Positions 38,792 through 48,671 of a DNA stretch of 64,000 nucleotides are shown here, piece after piece. The DNA is from an uncultured Actinomycetes bacterium (GTDB lineage Bacteria > Actinomycetota > UBA4738 > JBBDTT01): assembly GCA_963742735.1 (NCBI GenBank), contig CAVUMN010000004.1, forward strand, positions 1,504,001 to 1,568,000, given 5' to 3'. The notes below the pieces were generated by a model. That model saw only the letters and a list, made by a program, of their open reading frames with translations, had not been told where the DNA came from and ran no database searches. The position numbers and the translations under genes were made by a program. Every line of letters starts with the position of its first letter. The stretch's first letter is position 1.

Positions 38792-39934
38792 TCAGGCCTC
38801 GACGGCCGTCCAGACGGCCCCGCCCCAGGTGTCGGACATGGGGCCGTAGACGAGCTCGGGGGTCCCGTCCGCGGCCACCAGGTAGATGCCGGACACCGGG
38901 ATCCCCGACCCGCAACCGGGATCGGCCGGAAGGTAGGCGATCGCCCGGCCGTCCGGGCTCCACCCGAGGGCCGTCGAGTTCGGCGCCTCGGCGAGGGATT
39001 CGCCGGTCAGCGTCACCGGGTCCCCTCCCTCGATGGGCACGCGGAACGCCGTGGGGACCTCGCATTCGCCCGACCACTGCGCCAGGAGGGTCGAGCCGTC
39101 CGGCGAGGCGTAGGCGAACCGCCAGTGGCCGCCGCCCCGTCCGCCCGCGCGGACGAGCGTGCGGGTGGTCCCGTCGGGGGCGAGCGACAGGAGGCGCGAC
39201 GCGGGACCCCTCGTCGACAGTCCGCGGCAGGTGAGGATCACGGCGTCGCTCACGCGGTCGGTCGCGAAGCAGCCGTCCGGGACATCGCGACTCTCTCCGG
39301 TCCGAACGTCGATCACGCGGCTGTCCGCCACGCCGATGCTGCCCTCGGGGTCCTCCACATAGCTCTCGAGCGAGATGAGGTCTCGGTGCTGCGAGAGGTT
39401 CAGGAAGTCGTTTCGGCGCTTGTGCGCCAGGACCACTCCGTCTCGCTCCATGGAGGCCTCGTGGCCGCCGAGCATGATGATCTCGGCTCCGAAGGCGAGT
39501 GGGATGCGGATGCCTTCGGTGTCCGTCAACGCACCGTGGGCCGCATCCAGGACGGCTCTGCGTCTGCCGGGCCCGACCAGAAGAACCGGCCCGGGTGCCG
39601 GGATGTACCCGCCGGTCCCGTAGTCGATGGAGTACCCGCGGAGATGCCTGATCACGGTGCCGTCGAGCCGCACCAGGACCAGCGCGTCCATGACCTCGAT
39701 GGCGAGCCCGACGCGGGGGAGCGCCGGCAGGTCGGCCGGGTCGAGCATGCGGCCGAGCTTCGCCGGACCGGGCGAGGGCGAGGGCGAGGGCGAGGGCGAG
39801 GGCGAGGGCGAGGGCGATTCGACCATGGGCGTGGATGCCCCGGGCTCCGGGGCCGTGACCGGATCCCTCGCGCACGCGGACGTCGCGAGCGACAGCGTGA
39901 TCGGATCGTCACCGTTCGCGGGCTCATGGGCCAC
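38792..39934 (-). CDS. Putative lipoprotein with PS linker and beta-propeller-like C-terminus
   Basis: TSAC lipobox, (SP)n linker, SPDG repeats. The true start may be ATG 39927 with a frameshift. Confidence 0.6.
   Translation of the reverse strand: MAHEPANGDDPITLSLATSACARDPVTAPEPGASTPMVESPSPSPSPSPSPSPSPGPAKLGRMLDPADLPALPRVGLAIEVMDALVLVRLDGTVIRHLRGYSIDYGTGGYIPAPGPVLLVGPGRRRAVLDAAHGALTDTEGIRIPLAFGAEIIMLGGHEASMERDGVVLAHKRRNDFLNLSQHRDLISLESYVEDPEGSIGVADSRVIDVRTGESRDVPDGCFATDRVSDAVILTCRGLSTRGPASRLLSLAPDGTTRTLVRAGGRGGGHWRFAYASPDGSTLLAQWSGECEVPTAFRVPIEGGDPVTLTGESLAEAPNSTALGWSPDGRAIAYLPADPGCGSGIPVSGIYLVAADGTPELVYGPMSDTWGGAVWTAVEA
39770..39817. repeat. (GGGCGA)x8 coding tandem repeat
   Basis: Read directly; encodes a Ser-Pro linker on the minus strand. 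Confidence 0.9.
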
Positions 39935-40046
39935 CTCCGATTGCGTGCGTTCTCGGTCGCAGTATGCGCGCCGGCGGCCCGCCCCCGGGGGTCCCTCGTG
40001 GAGCCGCCTTGTCCGTCCCGCGTGGGTGCATCACGATGGAGCCGCC

Positions 40047-41036
40047 ATGGGCTGGTTCAGGAAGCGGAACGCCCCGGCCGAGGCTGCGGCTCCCCCCGCT
40101 CCACCTCCGCCGGGCGGCGCCTCGAGTGTGATCGAGTCGATGCGGCAGGCCGGCGACGTCGACGAGCTCATCCGGGTCGTCCGGGAGAAGCTCGGGGGCG
40201 TGGAGGCCCGGGTGGCGGCCACGGAGGCCCTCGGCGAGCTGGGTGATTCGCGGGCCGTGACGCCCCTGATCGAGCAGCTCCAGCCGAACGTCAAGGGCAT
40301 CGGCACCGTCCTGGCGCAAGCGCGCCAGGAGCCTCCGCCCCGGGATCTGGACCGTGCCCTCGCCGCCGCCACCGCGGGCGCGGGATTGGCGATGAAGACG
40401 GTCGAGGCCCTGAGGCGTCTGGGCGGGCCGGAGGCGGAATGGGCGATGGCCGCGATCGCGCGCGACGAGGCGCTCCTGCGGGGCGTCGCATCGACGGGGT
40501 TCATCGAGCCAACCACTCTGGTGGAGGCCAGGCTCCTCGCACTGATCGAGTCGGTGCGAGCGCTGCTCGCCGCCGCCGGGGCATCAACGGCTTCGCTCGC
40601 CGAGGCCCAATCGGAACCCGCCCCGGCGCCGTCGCCGCCCCAGCCGGAGCCCGTGCCGCCGCCACCGCAGCCGGAGCCCGTGCCGCCGCCACCGCGGCCG
40701 GAGACCACCCCGCCGCCCCAGCCGGAACCAGTCCCGCCACCCGAGCCCGAGCCGGCCCCGCCGCCACCACCCGCCCCCGAGCCGGCGCCGCCCGGGGGGA
40801 TCTCGCCCGGAGCGGCGGCCCTGCTCCGGATCACCGAGGGCCTCAGGAACCGGGAGGCGCCATGCCGGCGATGCGGGACGGTGATCCACTACGAGGAGGG
40901 ATATCGGCTCGCGCATGACCGAGGCATCCGCGAGCACGTGGTGATGTGCTCCAGGTGCAATGCCGTGTTCTCGGCGCGCCTCGGCGGCGACGGGCTGGAA
41001 CTGTTGGACGACTGCACGTCCCTCTTCGAACTCTAG
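40047..41036 (+). CDS. Hypothetical protein: HEAT-like repeats, Pro-rich linker, C-terminal Zn ribbon
   Basis: AATEALGELGDSRAVTPLI, repeated QPEPVPPPP units, CRRC...CSRC. Confidence 0.65.
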   Translation: MGWFRKRNAPAEAAAPPAPPPPGGASSVIESMRQAGDVDELIRVVREKLGGVEARVAATEALGELGDSRAVTPLIEQLQPNVKGIGTVLAQARQEPPPRDLDRALAAATAGAGLAMKTVEALRRLGGPEAEWAMAAIARDEALLRGVASTGFIEPTTLVEARLLALIESVRALLAAAGASTASLAEAQSEPAPAPSPPQPEPVPPPPQPEPVPPPPRPETTPPPQPEPVPPPEPEPAPPPPPAPEPAPPGGISPGAAALLRITEGLRNREAPCRRCGTVIHYEEGYRLAHDRGIREHVVMCSRCNAVFSARLGGDGLELLDDCTSLFEL

Positions 41037-41849
41037 CTACGGTTCGGCACGGGTACCCAGCGCGTACACGAAGGCCAGTCGGTACCGGAAGTCGCTGGGC
41101 GAAAGGGTGGCCAGGGCGTCGCGCACCTCGTCCTCCAGGGCGGACCACGCGCCGGGGGCCATGTCAGGGGCTCGGGCACGCGCCCGCGCCAGCAGCTCGG
41201 CTCCCTCCGGATCGATCACGATCTCCTGCCCCCACGTCCACGTCCGCACGGAGGCGAAGCCGGCCGTCTCGAGCAGCGCGTGCACGTCCTCCTCGGTCGC
41301 CCGTTCCTTCACCGGCGGCAGCGGGCGCACCCGGTCCCCGAGCTTTTCCAGGATCGACTCGACGCGCGCGGAGGCCGCCGCCGGCTCGTTCGCGGCCCGG
41401 GCGTCGTGGGTGAGGATGCCGACCACGCCGCCCGGCCTCAGGACCAGGGCGGCCTGGCGCAGCCCCGCCGCGGGCTCCGGGAGGTGGAAGAGCGAGAACG
41501 AGAACGTGACGACGTCGAAGGCGTCGCTCGCCAGCGCCAGCCGGTTCGAATCCATCACGGCGAGGGGGTTCGGTACCTCCAGCCGCGCGCGGCCCAGGGC
41601 GCCCTGGGAGGCATCGACCCCGACGACCAGCGCCCCGGGGCTCCTCGCGGTCAGCTCGGGAAGCTGGGTGCCCGGACCCGTCCCCACGTCGAGGACGCGC
41701 GCGGCGCCCGCGAGGGGGAGGGCGTCGAGCAGTGGCCCGGCCTGTTCGCGACTCCGGGCGTTCTCGAACGTGGCGTAGCGCTCGGCCGAGCGGGAGTAGT
41801 GATCGGCGACATCGTCCCGCAGCGCGTCGGCGTCGTCCACGGCGATCAT
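41037..41849 (-). CDS. Class I SAM-dependent methyltransferase
   Basis: Motifs VLDVGTGPG, GVDAS, FDVV and VLRPGG. Confidence 0.85.
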   Translation of the reverse strand: MIAVDDADALRDDVADHYSRSAERYATFENARSREQAGPLLDALPLAGAARVLDVGTGPGTQLPELTARSPGALVVGVDASQGALGRARLEVPNPLAVMDSNRLALASDAFDVVTFSFSLFHLPEPAAGLRQAALVLRPGGVVGILTHDARAANEPAAASARVESILEKLGDRVRPLPPVKERATEEDVHALLETAGFASVRTWTWGQEIVIDPEGAELLARARARAPDMAPGAWSALEDEVRDALATLSPSDFRYRLAFVYALGTRAEP

Positions 41850-41867
41850 GCTCTCACGCGCTCGTGC

Positions 41868-41900
41868 TGGTGCCCCTGGCAGGAGCTTATTCGAACCCCG
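41868..41900 (-). repeat. Degenerate tRNA-Arg 3'-end copy (att-like site)
   Basis: TGGTGCCCCTGGCAGGA[GCTTA]TTCGAACCCC versus GTGCCCCTGGGAGGATTCGAACCCC at 43883. Confidence 0.65.
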
Positions 41901-42116
41901 ATGTCCAGCGGCAGGTGGACCAGCTCCATCGGCTCTTCCTGCCGCACGGTGAGCCCTGAGCGAGCTCAGGTCGGCGTTCGCTCACGGAGACAGTGTGCTG
42001 AGTGGGTCGCTTCGTGATCGGGCCCTAAGCCCTGGCGCCGGGCTGCTCTCGGGTCTTGACGCCAGCCCCCCCCCAAGGCGTAGGCTGTCTTGGTCACGGT
42101 GAAGGGCTGAATAGCA

Positions 42117-42905
42117 ATGCAGCTTCGGCGGTTCATTCCTGCGAATCTCGCATCCTCGCTTGTATTGGTCGTCTTCCTCGCCTCGCTCGGTTACTGGGGA
42201 CTGGCGATCGATGCTCGGGCGCAAACGAGCCCTTGTGATGAGGTTGGTCTGCAGGTGTTCTACGGGCGAAAGAGTGGAGGAATCTGGCCCCAGAATCGCG
42301 GGAATCGTGTGGAACTGCCTGATGGCATGGAGGTCTACAACAACGTTGTCAGCTGTAACCAAGTGGAGAGTATCCAGCTCTTCCACGACTTCTTCCCGAC
42401 TGATGCCCTAGAGTTCGGCTGGTCAGAGTGGAGCACCGCCTACACCCCAACGTGCTCATCCGCTACGGAAACACTTGTTCCTCGACGCCTTATCGTCCTG
42501 GCGATTGATGACACTCCCACATGCTTCCCGGACGGTCCGTTCGCGACCCGTCCATCGATCTCAGCCGGGACACACGACTTCGCCATCAGTAACCCGGATA
42601 ACAACAGCACCTTCAACATCTTCCTCGACAGCAATCTTCAGCTCGTTGTCGATACGGGCGGCGAATTCACGACAGGCGTGCCTACCTTGAGCACGGAGCG
42701 TGATGGAAGCCTCGACCAAATGCGTGGGGATTTTGACTCCATGCAGTTCCAGACTGGCGCCGGGTGGACCTATTGGGATTCAAAGGGGTGCATTACGGAT
42801 AACGACCTCGACTGGGACGTCGTGAACGGCCCCGGCGGGCCAGATGACGTCCGAATCAGCCCGCTCTTCAACGATCACCTCTGCCTGGGATCGGGGCTGC
42901 CGTGA
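42117..42905 (+). CDS. Secreted hypothetical protein (lower GC)
   Basis: Signal peptide, several Cys, atypical codon use. Confidence 0.65.
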   Translation: MQLRRFIPANLASSLVLVVFLASLGYWGLAIDARAQTSPCDEVGLQVFYGRKSGGIWPQNRGNRVELPDGMEVYNNVVSCNQVESIQLFHDFFPTDALEFGWSEWSTAYTPTCSSATETLVPRRLIVLAIDDTPTCFPDGPFATRPSISAGTHDFAISNPDNNSTFNIFLDSNLQLVVDTGGEFTTGVPTLSTERDGSLDQMRGDFDSMQFQTGAGWTYWDSKGCITDNDLDWDVVNGPGGPDDVRISPLFNDHLCLGSGLP

Positions 42906-43573
42906 GCAATCGACGTCGCCTGATCGTTCCGCTTGTCGCCGCGATGTTCTTCGCTGTGGGCGTAGCAATCAGCCTTACCGGCTCCGACTCCGAGAATGTG
43001 GCTCCCAAGAGAGTGGCCCCGCCGGTCGCAGGGCTCGACATCCCTGAAGCTCGTGGAGTGGATGGCAACCCGTTCCCGAGCGGTAGGGAAATGAGCCTGT
43101 CCCAGGCACAGGAAAAGTTGCCGTTTGCCCTGTCGCGACCGCGGGACGATGCGATGGCGTCAGACGGACGGATCGCTCACGTGTGGTTCGAGGGCCCACC
43201 AGCCGGTCCGCGAGTCGCCATTGCCTACGACAGCAGGGTTTTCGTGACTGTTTTTCAGTTCAGGCCTGGTGGCCATCCGCCCGGGTTCTACAGCAGCGAG
43301 GGTGAGGTAGCTGCCCTGGATACGATCGACACGATTGATGAGGCGATCACGGCTTTGGCCGAGTTTCACGCCAAGGGCCGGGGCGGCACGGCGTCAGACT
43401 ACTTGGTCGAGATCAACGGCCGCCCCGCTGTATTCGCGCCCGGACGGCCGGATGATCAGGGCGGGATGCGAGCAGGATCCATACGCCTCGCCATCTCTGA
43501 CATGGTATTCGTCCAAGTGATCGGCGAGTTCGACAAGGAGACGCTCTCCCGGATCGCCTCCGACGTCAGCTGA
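42902..43573 (+). CDS. Membrane-anchored hypothetical protein
   Basis: GTGA overlap with the upstream gene, N-terminal TM helix, C-terminal VEINGRPA...LSRIA. Confidence 0.6.
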   Translation: MSNRRRLIVPLVAAMFFAVGVAISLTGSDSENVAPKRVAPPVAGLDIPEARGVDGNPFPSGREMSLSQAQEKLPFALSRPRDDAMASDGRIAHVWFEGPPAGPRVAIAYDSRVFVTVFQFRPGGHPPGFYSSEGEVAALDTIDTIDEAITALAEFHAKGRGGTASDYLVEINGRPAVFAPGRPDDQGGMRAGSIRLAISDMVFVQVIGEFDKETLSRIASDVS

Positions 43574-43883
43574 CGCGAGCGGCGCTGCGGTTCAGGTAGT
43601 GCGCGTGCCTGGTTGGCACCACGATGCCACAGACAGAATCTAAGAGGCTGGATTGACTTGCTCGTGGTTCGCAGTGTAGCTCGCAACCGGGCAGGCATGG
43701 TTTCCGCGGGCCAGAATGGCGAGTCGTCCAACGAGCCGGCAGACGCCGGTTTCACGGCGCCGCTTGGTTTCTCGCGCATCTTCGCCGACGGGGCGCCAGC
43801 CACCGGTACTGACCTGGCAGGCCGTCCGTAGTGGACCCTACTGGCCGGTGGGTTCGAATAGCGACAGCCAAGGTGGGAGTTCG

Positions 43884-43956
43884 TGCCCCTGGGAGGATTC
43901 GAACCCCCGACCCGCTGCTTAGAAGGCAGCCGCTCTATCCCCTGAGCTACCGGGGC
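43884..43956 (-). tRNA. tRNA-Arg(TCT)
   Basis: GCCCCGGTAGCTCAGGGGATAGAGC, GCTGC-CT-TCT-AA-GCAGC anticodon arm, GGTTCGAATCC; one acceptor-stem mismatch (G6/A67). Confidence 0.92.
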
Positions 43957-44044
43957 CGATGAACCAAGAATAGCGTGGTCAGGGGCTGTTTTCGGAGGTG
44001 GGGACGGCCCCTTCCACATTGCTCGCGGGCGAGCGATGTGGCAA

Positions 44045-44240
44045 TTAGGGGGCATCGGCTTCCGCCTCGGCCTCCCGGAACACGCTGTCCAGCTCCGCGT
44101 CAGTCTTTCGCTCTGCGCTCTCGAGGGCGCGCGAGTAAAAGCGCACGGTCGTGGCGACGTCGGCGTGCCCGAGCATGCGGGCGACCTGGTCGAGAGACCT
44201 CCCGTGGGTCAGGGCGAGGGTGGACGCGAAGTCGCGGACT
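44045..44240 (-). pseudogene. Tyrosine integrase C-terminal remnant
   Basis: RDFASTLAL...VARMLGHADVATTVRFY (box II, LGH, catalytic Tyr). Confidence 0.8.
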
Positions 44241-44254
44241 TCGGATCTACGGCG

Positions 44255-44705
44255 CGCCCCACCCGGTGGAACGGTTCTCCGAGGGGACCATCGAGGACGC
44301 CGACTTCGAGGCACGGGTGGCCGCGGCGGGCGACGCCCTCGCCGAGCGGCTGGGCTGGTTCTCCAAGGCGCCGGACATCGTGGCGGTCGATGACGACCGG
44401 ATGGCCGAGCGCTCGGCGGGGCTGGTCCCTCTCGTGGTGAGCGGACACTTCCACCATCAGCGCGAGGTGTCTCTCGGGGGCACGACCTTCCTTCGCGGAG
44501 GGGCCGCGTCGGGCGGAGGGCTGTTCGAACCCTTCTCCTGGAGCACGCGCACGTCCTGGCCGTTCAGGTGATCTACATCGAGGACGGCCGAGCCGTCGCG
44601 TACGACACGGTCGAGCTCGACGTCGCCGCCGAGGAGGTGACCGTTCGTCGGCACCTCGTCGAGCCCGCCGATCCGGCCGTCCCCGCGCCCACGACAACGC
44701 CCTGA
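44255..44705 (+). pseudogene. Metallophosphoesterase C-terminal fragment
   Basis: PDIVAV and LVVSGHFH; no N-terminus; frameshifted. Confidence 0.5.
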
Positions 44706-44724
44706 GGCGGATGTCCCGGCCTGG

Positions 44725-47700
44725 CTATGACGTCCGGGCCGTGACCGTCGCCAGCACCGCGTCGACCTGAGCCACCGACGGCCTCGCGCCGAGCGAGGCA
44801 AAGACCTCGCGAGCTTCGCGAAGCGCGCCCGCCGCCTCCGCGGCCTGGCCGAGGACCAGCAGGCATCGCCCCCGACCGAAGAGCGCGTGGGCCCGCTCCC
44901 AGGGCGACTCGAACGCCTTCCATCGTTCGTCCGCGTCGGCGAATCGATCCGCCGCGGACGCGTGCTCGCCCCGATGCTCGGCGAGCAAAGCCCCGGTGGT
45001 GACCAGGACATGCTCGCGCAGCGGATGAACGGGCTCGACCCCCTCCTGCAGGCGAAGCGCCAGCTCGAGATCCCCCGCCGCGAGCGCCATACGGACCGCG
45101 TCGGCGAGGCCCCACGCGTACTGGAGGTCGGCCGCGATGTTCGGTACCGAAGCGAGCTCCGCGAGCAGGGTGACGACGGCGGCGGCATCCCCCAGGCTCG
45201 AGCGAACCGCGGCGGCGGCGAGCAGCACGTGGGCCAGCGTCTGGGTCTGCGCCATCGCCCGGCCACGCTCCGCCAGCCAGGCCGCCAGCGGCTCCGCCGC
45301 GGCGTGCTCGCCGCGCCGCACCAGGATCCGTGCCTGGACCGATCGCATCCAGACGAGAAGCCACACGTCGCCGCCGGCCTCGAGACGGGGCACGAGCTCC
45401 TCGGCCGTGGCCAGCGCCTCCTCGTACGAGCCGAGCTCGGCGAGGGCGGCGACGGCCCCGCCCCCGAACGCGGTGACGAACTCCTCGATCCCTCGCCGCT
45501 GGGCGAATCCGATCCCCTTCCGCATCGCCTCGAGGGACGTCCGCGGTCCCTCGATGGGGGCGATCGCCTCGGCCAGGTTGAGCTGCTGCAGCGCGACCTC
45601 CCGCCCCAGGCCCTGGGCATTCGCGACATCGGTCGCCCGGCGCATCTCCTCGACGCCTCCGACGTCGCCGAGGGCGATGCGGGTGGCGCCGCGGAACCCG
45701 TGGGCCCGGGCGGGCTCGGGGAGTCCGAGGTCCGCCGACATCGCGATGGCCCGGTCCGCGTAGGCCATGGCCTGGGCGAACTCCGTCGCCATCATGGTGT
45801 CGCCGGACATCTCCGTCAGCACCTGGACCAGCTCGGGGGAGGGGCCGAGCGGCTCCAGCGTCGTGATCGCTTCCGCCGAGACCGCCCGGTTGCGGGGATC
45901 CCCCATGCGCCACAGCACCAGGCCGTGCCGGCTCATCGCGACGGCCATCGCCCGGACGTCCCCTCGGGCGCGGTACCCCTCGATGGCCTGCTCGAACGCT
46001 CCATCCGCCTCGGCATGCCGGCCCCGCTGGCTGAGGGAGTCGCCGTGGCGGAGGAGGATCTCCGGGCGCTCGGGATGTCCCTGCGGCGCCATGGTGAGCG
46101 CCCGGGCGAAGTGGCGTTCCGCGGCCTCGACGTCGATACCCAAAGCCCGGTCCCCCGCGAGCGTCAGATACCGCAGGGCCTTGTCCTGCAGATCCTCGGT
46201 GGCGGCGTCCCTCCCGGCCGAGGCGAGCTCGAGCGCGGTCGAGTAATGGACGGCCAGGATCTCGGCGTGGTCCTCGACCCGCTCGCCGGAGACGGCCTCG
46301 ATCCAGGTCGCGGCCCGCCGGTGCCGGTCCGCCCGCGACGCCCGGGGGATCTGGGCGTAGCAGACATCGCGGATCAGGGCGTGGAGGAAGCTGAACTCGG
46401 CCTGCCCCTCCATCGAGGACGCCCGCACCGGCCGGATGAGCTCCTTTCGGGACAGCTCGTGCAGGGCCGCCGCCACCTCCTTCGGATTCCGTTCGCCCAT
46501 GGCGGTCACCGTCTCGGCCCAGAAGACCTTGCCCACCACGGCGGCGTCCTGCAGCAGCCCCTTGCGCTCGGGGGCCACCGTGTCCAGGCGGGCGGCGATG
46601 AGGCCCTGAACGCCCGAGGGCAGGGGGATCTCGGCCTGGGGATCGATCGTCCATGTCCGCCCGTGGCGTGCCAGGATGCCCGTGTCCTTCAACAGGCGCA
46701 CGAACTCCTCGGCGTAGAGGGGGTTTCCGCCGGCACGGACCACGATCGCGTCCTGCACCTCCGCGGGCAGGACGGCCGACTCCAACAGGTTCGCGATCAG
46801 GCGCGCCATCTCCGGCTCGGTGAGCGGGAACAGGCCGATCCGGTTTGAGTTCCGGGCGGCCTGGGCGAAGCCGGGGGCTCGCTCGAACAGCTCGGGGCGT
46901 GTGGTGCCGAGGACGAACATGGGCACGCCCTCCGCGTAGTCGGCCAGATGCTCCAGGAACGCCAGCAGGGCGTCGTCGGCCCAGTGGAGGTCCTCGAAGA
47001 CGAACACCGACGGGCGGGCCTCCGCCAGGGCCTCGAGAAAGACCCGCCACGCCGCGAAGTTCTCCTCCCGACCCGCCGAGGGAGCCTCCAGGCCCACCAG
47101 GGGCCGAAGACGCTGGCGGAGCCACGGCGCATCGGGGTGCGCGTCGGAGATCAGCGCCTCGACCTTCGACGCGGCGACGTCGGTCGAGTCGGTCTCCAGG
47201 ATCCCCGCCTCCGCCTTGACGATCTCTCCGAGGGCCCAGAACGTGACGCCCTCGCCGTACGGGAGGCAGCGGCCCTGGCGCCACCGGATCAGGTCCGGCC
47301 ACTCCTGCACGAACCCGAGCATCTCCGCGACCAGGCGAGACTTGCCGACGCCCGGCTCGCCCACGATCGTCACGAGCTGGACCGACGCGTCGCGGACGGA
47401 TCGCTCGAACGTCCCGGTGAGCAGGTCTCGCTCGAGCTCCCGGCCGACGAGCGGGGTGGAGAGCGAGCGGGTGATGTCGGTGCCGAAACGGGACAGGGCC
47501 GCCTTCGCGTGGAAGATCGGGACCGGGTCTGCCTTCCCCTTCAAGGTGACGGGCTCGAGCGGGTCGTAATCGAAGACCGCCTTCGTGGCCGCGTACGTCC
47601 CCTCGCCCACGCCGACCCCGCCCACGGGCGCGGCCCCCTGCAGCCGGGAGGCGGTGTTGACGACGTCGCCGGTGACCATCCCCTCGCCCTCCTCGAGGCG

Positions 47701-48144
47701 CGCGTCGAGGGACACCACCGCCTCGCCGGTCTCGATGCCGACGCGGACCTGGAGGTCCAGGCCTGCATCGGTCTCGTTCAGGTCCGTGATGGCCTCGAGG
47801 ATCCGCAGGCCGGCCTTGACCGCCCGCTCCGGGTCGTCCTCGTGGGCGACCGGCGCGCCGAACACCGCCATGACGGCGTCGCCGATGAACTTCTCCACGG
47901 TCCCGCCGTAGGTCTCGATCTCGTGACGCAGGCGGGCGTGGTAGGGCCGGATCCGGGCGCGGACGTCCTCCGGATCGGCGTTGTCCGAGGCGGCGGTGAA
48001 CCCGACCAGGTCGCAGAACAGGACGGTGACGATCTTGCGCTCCTCGGTGGGGGTGGGCCGCGCATCGGTCAGCGGGCTCGCGCAGAAGCCGCAGTACTCG
48101 AACCCCTCGGGGTTCTCCCTCGTGCAACTCGGACAGGCCGGCAC
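44725..48144 (-). CDS. Zn-ribbon - adenylate cyclase - STAND ATPase - TPR protein
   Basis: Motifs CPSC/CGFC, FCDLVGFT, EKFIGDA, VNTASRL, GEPGVGKS, EDLHWAD and GGNPLY. Confidence 0.88.
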   Translation of the reverse strand: MPACPSCTRENPEGFEYCGFCASPLTDARPTPTEERKIVTVLFCDLVGFTAASDNADPEDVRARIRPYHARLRHEIETYGGTVEKFIGDAVMAVFGAPVAHEDDPERAVKAGLRILEAITDLNETDAGLDLQVRVGIETGEAVVSLDARLEEGEGMVTGDVVNTASRLQGAAPVGGVGVGEGTYAATKAVFDYDPLEPVTLKGKADPVPIFHAKAALSRFGTDITRSLSTPLVGRELERDLLTGTFERSVRDASVQLVTIVGEPGVGKSRLVAEMLGFVQEWPDLIRWRQGRCLPYGEGVTFWALGEIVKAEAGILETDSTDVAASKVEALISDAHPDAPWLRQRLRPLVGLEAPSAGREENFAAWRVFLEALAEARPSVFVFEDLHWADDALLAFLEHLADYAEGVPMFVLGTTRPELFERAPGFAQAARNSNRIGLFPLTEPEMARLIANLLESAVLPAEVQDAIVVRAGGNPLYAEEFVRLLKDTGILARHGRTWTIDPQAEIPLPSGVQGLIAARLDTVAPERKGLLQDAAVVGKVFWAETVTAMGERNPKEVAAALHELSRKELIRPVRASSMEGQAEFSFLHALIRDVCYAQIPRASRADRHRRAATWIEAVSGERVEDHAEILAVHYSTALELASAGRDAATEDLQDKALRYLTLAGDRALGIDVEAAERHFARALTMAPQGHPERPEILLRHGDSLSQRGRHAEADGAFEQAIEGYRARGDVRAMAVAMSRHGLVLWRMGDPRNRAVSAEAITTLEPLGPSPELVQVLTEMSGDTMMATEFAQAMAYADRAIAMSADLGLPEPARAHGFRGATRIALGDVGGVEEMRRATDVANAQGLGREVALQQLNLAEAIAPIEGPRTSLEAMRKGIGFAQRRGIEEFVTAFGGGAVAALAELGSYEEALATAEELVPRLEAGGDVWLLVWMRSVQARILVRRGEHAAAEPLAAWLAERGRAMAQTQTLAHVLLAAAAVRSSLGDAAAVVTLLAELASVPNIAADLQYAWGLADAVRMALAAGDLELALRLQEGVEPVHPLREHVLVTTGALLAEHRGEHASAADRFADADERWKAFESPWERAHALFGRGRCLLVLGQAAEAAGALREAREVFASLGARPSVAQVDAVLATVTARTS

Positions 48145-48370
48145 CCAGCCGAGTCTATGTCGGGGCCCTGGACTGTCGCCCCGTGATGGAAAGCTCATCG
48201 GAAGACGGCTCCATCCAGTCGAGCGCAATCCATCACCGAAATGGCGAAGCCGAACTACGTTGATGAAGGCTGGGCCCGACCACCCCACCCGGTCGTGCGC
48301 GGCTTGCGGTCACGAGTGGGGCGCGCCAGCGCCCCGCGATGAAGGAGACCGGCTGGAGTAAGGGGACCGG

Positions 48371-48671
48371 ATGGAGATGTCCTGGAGGTACTCCTTCCGC
48401 CTGTTCCTGTTCGGACCGGACGGTCAGGCTGGCGAGGTGGTGGAGTGGCCGTGCCCGGCACAGGTCGAACCGGAGGATTGGCTGCGGTTCATCGGGGGGG
48501 CAGCTCGGGCCGGCGAGCGAGGTCCCGCTCATGACTGCCGACTCCCAGGGCGAGCCCGTGCAGATCGGCTGGATCTTTCAGAGCGTCGAGCGCGGCCCCG
48601 AGGAGTGGCGCGGGCGCGACGGTCACGAGATCGGCGTGATGCCCCTGGAGTTCATCGACGGGAAAGATTGA
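48371..48671 (+). pseudogene. Small frameshifted hypothetical protein
   Basis: MEMSWRYSFRLFLF... continues in another frame after a G run, ending ...PLEFIDGKD. Confidence 0.3.
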
